A DNA stretch of 29,578 nt, taken from Promethearchaeati archaeon. GTDB lineage: Archaea; Asgardarchaeota; Heimdallarchaeia; JABLTI01. Below the pieces are notes generated by a model. It saw only the letters and a list, made by a program, of their open reading frames with translations, ran no database searches and was not told the DNA's origin. Where the stretch lies: positions 1 through 29,578 of the forward strand of contig JABLTI010000029.1 of assembly GCA_013166835.1 (NCBI GenBank), in the 5' to 3' direction. Both the position numbers and the translations under genes were made by a program. This document shows, piece after piece, positions 1 to 8,800 of the stretch; within the stretch, counting starts at the first letter, position 1, and every line of letters begins with the position of its first letter.

Positions 1-127
1 CGAAATTTATCACTGGATTATTTTGTTCATTTGTAATAATAATTCCTTGTGTTATTGAAGAGACAAGTAAGAATTGCGTTATTAGAATAACTAAACCTAA
101 ACTTAATAATCTCATGACTTTTGCCAT
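1..127 (-). CDS. Secreted/membrane-anchored protein, 5' part only (runs off the window start)
   Basis: Hand translation from ATG at 127: MAKVMRLLSLGLVILITQFLLVSSITQGIIITNEQNNPVINF, a basic N-terminus plus hydrophobic signal peptide. Strong SD GGAGGTGA (minus strand, 136-143). Frame is open to the window edge. Not in the ORF track. Confidence 0.75.
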   Translation of the reverse strand, partial: MAKVMRLLSLGLVILITQFLLVSSITQGIIITNEQNNPVINF

Positions 128-140
128 GAAATATCTCACC

Positions 141-230
141 TCCATGTTATAGATAAAATCCATAATATAGATAAAATCCATAATATAGATAAAATCCATA
201 ATATAGATAAAATCCATATTATAGATAAAA
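141..230. repeat. Tandem repeat, 5 x 18 bp (consensus TCCATAATATAGATAAAA)
   Basis: Units at 141-158, 159-176, 177-194, 195-212 and 213-230. The middle three are identical; the outer two differ at 1-2 positions. No spacers. Confidence 0.97.
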
Positions 231-390
231 TTATCATCACTAAAAAAATTTTCCCCTTAGTTGACTTAAGTATTTAGCTGGAATTTCTCCTTTTACACCA
301 GATATGAATTTCAATTGATTCATTATTTTCACAGTGCAACGCTTACATTTTCTATTTATTTGCGTATCGGTTTTTCTAGAATTGCTGCTG

Positions 391-424
391 AAAAAATTTA
401 TAGGAAGAAAACTAATAATTAGTT
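391..424 (+). promoter_or_regulatory. Putative archaeal BRE/TATA promoter followed by a palindromic operator-like site
   Basis: AAAAAATTTATA (391-402) lies about 31 bp before ATG 433, followed by the perfect inverted repeat AACTAAT-A-ATTAGTT (410-424). Confidence 0.45.
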
Positions 425-432
425 GATTAATA

Positions 433-1555
433 ATGTTCAATCAAATTCTACAAACTCACAGTTTTGAACCTATTCTTTTAGAGAAAGCTAAAGGCTCATG
501 GGTATGGGATGTTGATGGTAAGAAGTATCTTGATTGTATTTCCGGTACTTGGTGCACCAATTTAGGACACAATCATCCTAGAATCATTCAAGCAATGAAG
601 AATCAGATGGAAAAACTCATTCATCGAAGTATGTGGTTCCTAACTCCTGTGACAATAGAAGCAGCAGAGAAAGTACTAAAGTTTGTTCCGAAGAAATATG
701 ATGCGATAACATTCCTTCAAAGTGGAAGCGAAGTAGTTGAATATGCAATTAGTTTTGCTCAAAATGTTACCAAGCGAAGAAAGATTCTATCTTTGAAGGA
801 TTCTTATCTTGGAGCATTTGGTCTAGCAAAACAATCATCTTACCATTCTGTTAATTGAATATATATCTAAGAAATACGTTGATGAGCTTGCTTGTTTTGT
901 GTTAGAACCCATTATGGTAAGTGGGGGAATCCTGAAACCATGTAAAGCTTTTGTAGAAAAGTTGTGCAAAGAGCTACAATCTGCAGGTGTACTTGTGGTC
1001 TCGAATGAAGTAACTTGTGGATTCGGTAGAACCGGTAAGAGCTTTGGTTTTGAACATTTCGATATCAGACCTGATATTGTAGCCATAGGAAAAGCCATGG
1101 GTAATGGTTACCCGGTAAGTGCGACATTAACTAATAATCAATTAGCAGACGGTTTATCCCCGGGAGAAATGTATTACGCTCAATCACATCAATTAGATCC
1201 TTTAGGAGCGGTCGTAGCAAAAACTGTTGTAGATGTTTTTCTTGAAGAGCAAATTGTAAAGAAGAGTCAATCAAAAATAACTCAAATTCGAAATATCTTT
1301 GAATCTTTATCACACCCATTCATTAAGGAATTTAGAACACAGGGAATGCTTTTTGCTTTTGTAATCCAATCTCACAAAAATATCTTAAGTAAAGAAATAC
1401 TAGTCAAATTGAAGTATGAATTACTAAAAGAAGGAATTATTGCTGGTGCTAGTTTAGGGAAAGAGATCCTTAGATTACTTCCTCCGTTAACTATAACTGA
1501 AAAAGAAATATCGATTCTCAAAGAAAAAATCAACAACGCATTTGATTCAATCTAG
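433..1555 (+). pseudogene. Class III PLP-dependent aminotransferase (ArgD/GabT fold), split into ORFs 433..858 and 899..1555
   Basis: N-part has AKGSWVWDVDGKKYLD..GTWCTNLGHNHP and SGSEVVE. C-part has EPIMVSGG, NEVTCGFGRTG, PDIVAIGKAMGNG (PLP Lys) and LRLLPPL. The halves are in different frames (+1) with the junction at about 845-858, and about 20 aa appear to be missing relative to the family. Could be an assembly error rather than a true pseudogene. Confidence 0.85.
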
Positions 1556-1594
1556 TTTCAGCAAAAAAATGAATCATAAAATGAATAGAAGGTG

Positions 1595-1614
1595 ACCTAC
1601 CATAAATAGTAGGT
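1595..1614. terminator. Short hairpin between convergent genes
   Basis: ACCTAC-cataaata-GTAGGT followed by GTTTTC, between the stops at 1555 and 1626. Confidence 0.3.
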
Positions 1615-1625
1615 GTTTTCAATAT

Positions 1626-1919
1626 CTAAATATCAAATCCTTCAAGCGTTTTAACTTTAATATCTTCACGATTTACTTCTAGCTTCTTTGTGAGTTCAAT
1701 ATATGTAGGATCACTCTGTAATTTCTTAACTGTTTCTTTATAGTGATCTTCATCATTGTAGACAGACATAAAGTATATTACTTTATGATCTTCCGAATTA
1801 TATCCGCCACCAACCATTTTTACATCATATTTTTTGTAAATCTCATCGAATTCTTTATAGCTATTTTCGTGAACTGCATCTGCAGTTTTATATTTCATTT
1901 TATATAGTTTGTATATCAT
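1626..1919 (-). CDS. NIPSNAP-like (dimeric alpha-beta barrel) small protein
   Basis: 97 aa. Pattern MIY.L.., IYKKYDVKMVG, IYFMSVY.DEDH....KKLQSDP.Y resembles NIPSNAP domains. Confidence 0.6.
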   Translation of the reverse strand: MIYKLYKMKYKTADAVHENSYKEFDEIYKKYDVKMVGGGYNSEDHKVIYFMSVYNDEDHYKETVKKLQSDPTYIELTKKLEVNREDIKVKTLEGFDI

Positions 1920-2101
1920 AATTAATTATACAGTAATTTCCATCAAAACGCTACTGCTATACTAACCGTGTAGTTTTGTGTTGATTTTATTAGAAAATCA
2001 GAAAAAATGAGATTTTAGCATTATTCATTTTACAATTAACTTATTCAAAAAAAAGAACTATGATAATTATAGACAAATTATAAATAAAAAGAAAGAAGGA
2101 G

Positions 2102-3907
2102 TTAGAATAAACCTAGAGCTCCAATTTTTATTACTAATGTAGTAATTAATACACCTACGAACAGGACAATACCAGAAATAGATATAGCTAATCCAGCGGT
2201 ATTATGTTTGTTTTTCCCTTCAATTTTTCTAGCTCGAATGGAAACGAATAATGAAATGATGTTAACGACAATAAAGAAAATTGAGCACAAACTGACCAGA
2301 GCCAGCCTAAATGCAAATCTTGAATCATTATCACTGGTTGTACTTTTTTCTACTTCTGTTTCTGTTGTATCTAAGTCTATCCAATCTGCATTGTAAAAAG
2401 TATTTTCAACATCGACTTGGCCCTTTTGCCACCACTTAATAGATTTATCAAATCTATCTTTTCGAGCTGGAACAAGATTATTTGTAGCAGTTCGAATAAA
2501 CCATTCCAATGAACCTGTGTATTTTATCTTTTCCCAACCATATAATATTAATGAAAAAACTACTAGAGATACGAAGATCGTTAGAACAGTTCCAGTCCAA
2601 TACAATTTTTGGTAAGGCACTTTAGTTATCATTAAAGATATCAAGAAAAACACTACGACATAGATTGATTGATTATTATAATTTGAAAAAGCAACAATAC
2701 CAAAACGTCTTATGATTTTTGTTCTCTTAGCAAAAGATTTGCTTCTCCCTCTAAACTCGTTCAGTCTAAAGAGTAACATTACTGCCATTAAGCTAAAACC
2801 ATTTAATGCTAGGAATTGAAAGAGCCAAGAAAAGGGCATAATTGGTACTGTGATCCCTGGAGACATATAATGAGCATTATCTGGTGCCCAATGACGATGA
2901 AAGGAGATAAAACGATAGAAATTAATAGCAACATCAAAAGAATCTGTTCCAGGAGGATAAGAGGCATTCATAATTTTTAGTATAGCGAAAAGAATTCCTA
3001 CAACTCCACTAATGAACATCACTCCACCAACAATGAACACTTTTTTAGGAAAGTGTTTGGAAATTTTCTCCTTTGGTTGTGAAATTACAAGACCAATAAT
3101 ACTACCCATAAACGAAACAGCAAGATAGGGAAAAATTGGTTCCATAGGTGATGCTAACGCTGTAATAAATGGTGCTCTAAAGATATCCCAAAATGGTTCC
3201 GTACCGATCCAAGGTTGAGAGAATTGATGACCATTTGCATATGTTCCCCAAGGATAACCAGGACCAATTAATCCAACCAAATCCCAAATGGGTTGTGTTA
3301 ATCCTACAACGACAACTCCTAAAACAATGTACGAGATAATCATCTTTCTAGTGTTTTTCCAATTACCTTTTAGTGAAAGCAAACCTTGCACAATTCCATT
3401 AAGAATCAAACACCACGCAATTGTATGAACTGTCTCAAAAGTATTCCATTGCCAGAGGAATGTTGTGTAGTCACCAGCTGCTGGATTGTTTAGATTACGG
3501 AAGAAATTCCCAACTACTCCATGATAACCAAATGTACTTTCACTTAGCATTGCAAAGATAAGTAGTAATACTCCTCCAACGATTTGTTTTATGACAAGAC
3601 TCCTAATTGATTTTCCTTTTTCAAGATGTCTTTGCATACTTACCATATTGGCTATTGCTGATACAAGCAAGAAGAATCCCGCTAAACCTCCAAAAAAAGG
3701 TATAATAATCAGAGCTAATAGATTTGTTGTTGCTAAATTGTTGATATTTGGGTAAGCAAGCATTACATCAATATTTAAGTAGTCACCAATTACATGAAGA
3801 ACAATCATTGCGACAATAGCAATTCCTCGAGCAAAGTCAAGAGAGATGAATCTTCTTCTAGTAACCGACTTCTTTTCGGGTTCCAATGAAAGATTAACTT
3901 GAGCCAT
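2102..3907 (-). CDS. Polytopic membrane protein, DUF1624/heparan-alpha-glucosaminide N-acetyltransferase-like (transmembrane acyltransferase superfamily)
   Basis: 601 aa with many TM segments. N-terminal RRFISLDFARGIAIVAMIVLH motif, PIFPYL, GSLEWF, and a C-terminal two-TM DUF4190-like tail. Confidence 0.7.
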   Translation of the reverse strand: MAQVNLSLEPEKKSVTRRRFISLDFARGIAIVAMIVLHVIGDYLNIDVMLAYPNINNLATTNLLALIIIPFFGGLAGFFLLVSAIANMVSMQRHLEKGKSIRSLVIKQIVGGVLLLIFAMLSESTFGYHGVVGNFFRNLNNPAAGDYTTFLWQWNTFETVHTIAWCLILNGIVQGLLSLKGNWKNTRKMIISYIVLGVVVVGLTQPIWDLVGLIGPGYPWGTYANGHQFSQPWIGTEPFWDIFRAPFITALASPMEPIFPYLAVSFMGSIIGLVISQPKEKISKHFPKKVFIVGGVMFISGVVGILFAILKIMNASYPPGTDSFDVAINFYRFISFHRHWAPDNAHYMSPGITVPIMPFSWLFQFLALNGFSLMAVMLLFRLNEFRGRSKSFAKRTKIIRRFGIVAFSNYNNQSIYVVVFFLISLMITKVPYQKLYWTGTVLTIFVSLVVFSLILYGWEKIKYTGSLEWFIRTATNNLVPARKDRFDKSIKWWQKGQVDVENTFYNADWIDLDTTETEVEKSTTSDNDSRFAFRLALVSLCSIFFIVVNIISLFVSIRARKIEGKNKHNTAGLAISISGIVLFVGVLITTLVIKIGALGLF

Positions 3908-4107
3908 TATAGTATCGTCCTAATTACCAAATAAACTTCTTGTTTGTATGTTTTATGACTTAAATATTTTTAGGCGAAGAATTCAGGATATTCTCTATTC
4001 TAAAAATAGATAGGATTGAGATTTCATCTATTCCTAGATTTTCATAAAATCTTTTTAAAGTGAAATACCACATCAAAACGGGTACTCTCTAGAGAGATGA
4101 TAGCACT

Positions 4108-6957
4108 TTGATAGAAGAAACAATTAACGATAAAATAGAGCTTTCGAAAAAAGAATTGTTTAGAATTTTCTTGAAAACAGGGAGGAAAAGAGTTGGTTTT
4201 TCAATCGCATCAGGTATAATTGTTTTCCTTGCCATCACAAGTTTATGTATGGTTATTTATAGCCATCGCTACAATGTGTTTCAAGACTATCAAATTGAGA
4301 ATATTGATTGGTATAATGATAATTATATTAGCGCTTCAACCAATCTTAAAAGAAATATGGAAGTAAATTTCACGAATAATTTAATAGCAAATTTTACTGC
4401 TGATTTAAAAAATACCACAGAACATCTCATTCCAAACTTGAAAATTGCCAATACCACCTCAGCAATAAGTGCACAGCAATTCCATGCCACGGGTGATCCT
4501 GTTGACCCCTGGTATTTCTTTGAATTAATGGCTCCGGATAATAGAACCTATGAAGCATTATCAAGATGCCTTGTTGATGGGAGAATGCCTCTTAATTCAT
4601 CTGAGTTACTTTATTATCATGATGGACTTTTCGATTATCCAGTAAATAGTACTCTCACTTTAAATAATTATCAAAGTGAAAGCTCTTCTATACAAATATA
4701 TACTATTGTTGGGGTTGTTGGTGATATTACTGAAACATTTCAGAATGAGTCCCTATCCATGGATCTATTCGATTGGTATTTTGAAAGTACTTTATTATAT
4801 AATTATTATCGCTTAGCGGTTTTCTTCACGAATTATACTAATTTTCAGTTCAGAATGAACAATTTAGATTACTACTATGGTACTGTTACATATTTGACAG
4901 ATTTCCAGTACGATTGCTCTGCTTTTCAATTAAACAAATTAAGAGAATATATTGAGACTTATCCAGCAGATTCATATTACATTATATCAGAGGTCACTTT
5001 GAGTTATGTGCTTCATGCACCAGATATGAAACGTTTCCTCATTAATTTTAGTAATTATTGGATAGAACAATACTCCAAAATCATCGGGATAAATGCTCCC
5101 TTACTATTTATTATCGGACTTATTAGTGTTGTAACTCTGAATATAGGTTCGAAAGATTTAGCAACAACATTTAGAAGAATGAAGTTGTATGGTCTGAATT
5201 ATCGAGTTATTCGTCAGATGATTTTCTTGGAGAATCTAATCTTTACGTTTGTGAGTTTTGTTGGGGGAACACTTATTGGGTATCTTATTAGTTTTCTATT
5301 TACGTATCAAACGCCTGATCAACCGTTTAATTTCTATCAGAATTCGCTTCAAGAACCCTTACTTCTAATAGCATTAACCTCATTTATCATTGGATTCTTC
5401 ACTCTGAGTTTCTATCTTCAAAATGCAATAGCTAAGAAAACAGTAGGTGATAGCCACCAAGAATATAAGAAGAAGAGAAGAAGAATCCGTAATATGTTTT
5501 CTACAAATGAATTTCGGTTATTTGTAATCACTCTGTTATTTACTTTAGTTACAGTTATACTCTATGTACTATATACTTACGTTGGACCGAATGTTCCAAT
5601 GCTATCTAGTTTCTCTTATCTTACACTCTTCTGGTTTATGATTACATGTAGCATAGCATTCATGCTTACATTCCTCTTCTTAATTGTCGCCAGAGTAATT
5701 ACCTTACTTTGGACATTACTCAATAATCGTTTATGGCGTAATCGCTTGAATATTTTTTCATTATCAATAAAACACTTGTCAGATAATCGGGGAATCTATC
5801 AAACGACAATTTTGGCAGCATTAATATTTGGACTAGTAATAATACCTGGATTGGCTATGGAGAGCTCCATACCATCACATATACAAAATGAAGCAAAACT
5901 CTCAATGGGAAATACCAATTTGATTGTAACTGATTGGTTTGATGAACATGATACAATTTTACCGGTAATTGATAGTATCTCAGGTGTGAAAAACGCCACG
6001 GAGGTAAGAGCTTATACAATTATCAATGACAATCAAGGAAGCAGTTATCCCAGACCATTTCATATTAATGTGTTGGGAATCGAGGAACCAACTGAATTCA
6101 TAGAAACGATAGATTTTGATCTGTTTGATGAATCAGTATCTACAGAAGACCTTTCATTGTTGAATAACCTATCATTTGCATTATTTGACTCCGAAATTGC
6201 TAAGAAATACAATATTGATCCAGGAGAGATATTTAGAACTACATATTACACACGATATGTTTATGAGTTTACAAGTTTGGGATCATTTGATTTCTTTCCA
6301 TTATCACCTCTACCAAAGAAACAAATTTTCCACAATGATGACGTTCTCTCCATTGTCACAAGTCTTGCTACAGCAAAAGAGCTTATCTATTCTTTAGATT
6401 TCTCGACAGACATATATGGAGAATCAATTTTACTAATAAATGTAGAAAATCAGAGTTCAGTACAATATGTCAAAACTCAATTAGAGAATATGACTCTTGA
6501 CACCATGAATATGGAAGATTACTATAACGAATATTATTCCAAAATTGAATTATTTCCAAAGAATAATCTATTCTTCTTTTCTTTCGTATCAGCATTCACT
6601 TTACTCTTTATAGGCTACTTTACAGGAATGAAAATATTTGATGATAGAATTAGAATAATAGAATCATTTTACCGCATTGGAGCTGAAAGAGGAAGAATAC
6701 TAGGATTATTTACAATGGAACTTTTCTTTGTAAACATTCTCCCAATAACCATAGCTATGCTATCTTCAATACCGCTTGTTAGGTTTTTAGCGGTTTATTA
6801 TTTGAGTGTCCAAGAATACTATTTCCCATTTACACTCAGTTTGCCTGCATGGCTATTTATCGTAATAATACTGGGTGGAATAGCATTATCATCAATAGGC
6901 TGGTTCTTAGCGATCATACCTGCGCTTTATAAATACAGACCAGTTAAACAGGAGTAG
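4108..6957 (+). CDS. ABC transporter permease, FtsX/MacB-like, internally duplicated
   Basis: 949 aa, TTG start. Two large extracytoplasmic domains (GRMP...ELL; YTIVGVV), each followed by an FtsX-type TM bundle (RRMKLYGL..RVIRQMIFLE; FYRIGAERGRILGLFTME). Lies 5 bp upstream of an ABC ATPase. Confidence 0.85.
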   Translation: MIEETINDKIELSKKELFRIFLKTGRKRVGFSIASGIIVFLAITSLCMVIYSHRYNVFQDYQIENIDWYNDNYISASTNLKRNMEVNFTNNLIANFTADLKNTTEHLIPNLKIANTTSAISAQQFHATGDPVDPWYFFELMAPDNRTYEALSRCLVDGRMPLNSSELLYYHDGLFDYPVNSTLTLNNYQSESSSIQIYTIVGVVGDITETFQNESLSMDLFDWYFESTLLYNYYRLAVFFTNYTNFQFRMNNLDYYYGTVTYLTDFQYDCSAFQLNKLREYIETYPADSYYIISEVTLSYVLHAPDMKRFLINFSNYWIEQYSKIIGINAPLLFIIGLISVVTLNIGSKDLATTFRRMKLYGLNYRVIRQMIFLENLIFTFVSFVGGTLIGYLISFLFTYQTPDQPFNFYQNSLQEPLLLIALTSFIIGFFTLSFYLQNAIAKKTVGDSHQEYKKKRRRIRNMFSTNEFRLFVITLLFTLVTVILYVLYTYVGPNVPMLSSFSYLTLFWFMITCSIAFMLTFLFLIVARVITLLWTLLNNRLWRNRLNIFSLSIKHLSDNRGIYQTTILAALIFGLVIIPGLAMESSIPSHIQNEAKLSMGNTNLIVTDWFDEHDTILPVIDSISGVKNATEVRAYTIINDNQGSSYPRPFHINVLGIEEPTEFIETIDFDLFDESVSTEDLSLLNNLSFALFDSEIAKKYNIDPGEIFRTTYYTRYVYEFTSLGSFDFFPLSPLPKKQIFHNDDVLSIVTSLATAKELIYSLDFSTDIYGESILLINVENQSSVQYVKTQLENMTLDTMNMEDYYNEYYSKIELFPKNNLFFFSFVSAFTLLFIGYFTGMKIFDDRIRIIESFYRIGAERGRILGLFTMELFFVNILPITIAMLSSIPLVRFLAVYYLSVQEYYFPFTLSLPAWLFIVIILGGIALSSIGWFLAIIPALYKYRPVKQE

Positions 6958-6962
6958 ATGAA

Positions 6963-8621
6963 ATGATTGACTGTGAAGACGTAATAAAAATCTATTCAGA
7001 TCCGGAAACAAATATTAGAATTGCAGCACTAAGAGGTATTGATTTAAAAATCAATAAAGGTGAAATTATTTCCATAGTTGGCCCAAGTGGTTCCGGTAAA
7101 TCTACTTTGATAAAGATACTAGCAGGTATAGAAGCCATTTCAAGTGGGGAAGCAAGAGTAGGGGAATTTGAACTTGAAAAAATGGGTTTAAAAGATCTAC
7201 TAAATTATAGACTAAAGTCTGTAGGGTTAGTACATCAATTCCCAGAAAGAACACTATTTCTTACCGGTTCAGTTTGGGATAATATGTCTTTCTCCTCAAG
7301 CCTATCCTCGAAAAACTTGACACAAAACAAGCAAGAAAACAATGAAATACTAAAAACACTAGGAATTGACCACCTCAGAAATAGACGAGTGAGTTTGTTA
7401 TCAGGAGGAGAAATGATAAGAACAGCTATAGCCTGTATGCTAGCTAAAAAAGCTAAACTACTTTTATGTGACGAACCGACTGGTCAATTAGATAGTGTGA
7501 ACACTGAGATTGTTAAAGATACACTTCGACAAATTTCTCAAGATTATGACACCACTGTACTTGTAGTTACCCACGATCCAAGATTCTTGACAGGGGTAGA
7601 TAGAACTTGTGAAATCTATAGTGGAAGAGTCAGTTCACTCTATAATGCTGAAGAAAGTGCTCTTGTTAGTGCAGATGAATTCCCACTAGAATTTATTGGG
7701 CAATTAGATTCATCTCAGAACGTTAGGGTCCCTCGAGAAGTCTACAGTTTATTACAACTACACACAAAAGTAAAGTTCTCAATTTCTAAAGATTCTGTTG
7801 TTGAAATAAAACATCCAGAAGGATTACTGCCGAAAAAACCTGAATTAAAAGAATTAAGAAAACAGAAAAAGCTCATAATAGAAGATTTGCCGAAGGACTA
7901 TTTTGCTAGCAAAGATGTTATCATTAAAGCTTCTAACATCTCAAAAATATATACTTACAAATCTCTTAAAATCCCCGCAGTTACAAATGTGGATATGCAA
8001 ATTTGCGATGGTGAGTTAGTGTTTATTATTGGTCCTTCAGGATCAGGTAAAACTACTTTAATCAAAGTAATTACTGGCATGGAATCAAGTAGTAGTGGAG
8101 AAATTCAGGTTCTTGATGAGGAGTTGCACAAATTAAATGATGCTCATAGAGCGAAGTTTCGCAGGAAAAACCTTGGAATAGTTTCTCAATTAGGAGATTT
8201 GCATCCAAATATCACTGTCAGAAAGAATCTTTTCCTAAAGAAATTACTATCTGGTGATTTTGTATTTCTAAAGAAGTATCCACAAACAGAAATCGATGAT
8301 ATACTAGAAATGTTCCAAATTACTCATAGACAAGAATCATATCCATTAGAGATTTCCGGTGGAGAATTACAAAGAGCATCCTTAGCTATAGCAAAATATG
8401 GAGAACCAGGAATACTCCTACTAGATGAACCAACAGCAAACATGGATGGCGAACTAGCAGAAATCGTAATGGAACAATTATACCAAATTCATCAGCAGCT
8501 TGGATCGACTTTGATAATAACTACTCATGACATCAATTTAGTTAGGGATGGCACTAGAGTAATTGAACTAAAAGACGGGAAAATCAGTAGAGATGGACTC
8601 GCTACCTCTGTGGAAGAATGA
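6963..8621 (+). CDS. ABC ATP-binding protein with two LolD/MacB-type NBDs and a central AbrB-like segment
   Basis: Walker A GPSGSGKST and GPSGSGKTT, signatures LSGGE and ISGGE, Walker B LCDEPT and LLDEPT, H-loops VTHD and TTHD. Confidence 0.93.
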   Translation: MIDCEDVIKIYSDPETNIRIAALRGIDLKINKGEIISIVGPSGSGKSTLIKILAGIEAISSGEARVGEFELEKMGLKDLLNYRLKSVGLVHQFPERTLFLTGSVWDNMSFSSSLSSKNLTQNKQENNEILKTLGIDHLRNRRVSLLSGGEMIRTAIACMLAKKAKLLLCDEPTGQLDSVNTEIVKDTLRQISQDYDTTVLVVTHDPRFLTGVDRTCEIYSGRVSSLYNAEESALVSADEFPLEFIGQLDSSQNVRVPREVYSLLQLHTKVKFSISKDSVVEIKHPEGLLPKKPELKELRKQKKLIIEDLPKDYFASKDVIIKASNISKIYTYKSLKIPAVTNVDMQICDGELVFIIGPSGSGKTTLIKVITGMESSSSGEIQVLDEELHKLNDAHRAKFRRKNLGIVSQLGDLHPNITVRKNLFLKKLLSGDFVFLKKYPQTEIDDILEMFQITHRQESYPLEISGGELQRASLAIAKYGEPGILLLDEPTANMDGELAEIVMEQLYQIHQQLGSTLIITTHDINLVRDGTRVIELKDGKISRDGLATSVEE

Positions 8622-8639
8622 TTAGAAAATAAAAGAAGA

Positions 8640-8661
8640 AATTAGCTCAAAAGAGCTAATT
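8640..8661. terminator. Perfect hairpin between convergent transcription units
   Basis: AATTAGCTC-aaaa-GAGCTAATT (9-bp stem). T-rich on the right (TATTTTTT) and A-rich on the left, so potentially bidirectional. Confidence 0.6.
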
Positions 8662-8673
8662 ATTGTATTTTTT

Positions 8674-8772
8674 CTAGAATAGAAGTATAGGTAATATTAG
8701 TCCTAGTATTGCCAAGATAAATGCAACAAATATTAGAATCATTGGCCATTTCTTGGATTTTGTAATAATCAT
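8674..8772 (-). CDS. Putative 32-aa single-pass membrane microprotein
   Basis: Hand translation: MIITKSKKWPMILIFVAFILAILGLILPILLF*. Basic N-terminus followed by an uncharged hydrophobic helix. Fills the gap between the GNAT stop (8801) and the hairpin. Confidence 0.6.
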   Translation of the reverse strand: MIITKSKKWPMILIFVAFILAILGLILPILLF

Positions 8773-8800
8773 TGATTCATTATTTGTTAAGAATATAATA

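Noticed and set aside
141-230. Possible CRISPR array or iteron origin
   Set aside because: Units are head-to-tail with no unique spacers, and no cas or rep gene is in the window.
240-440. 66-aa minus-strand ORF
   Set aside because: Occupies the divergent promoter region, overlaps the aminotransferase start and has no recognisable motif; likely spurious.
856-870. Selenocysteine/UGA read-through joining the aminotransferase halves
   Set aside because: The downstream half is in a different frame, and an in-frame TAA follows three codons after the UGA.
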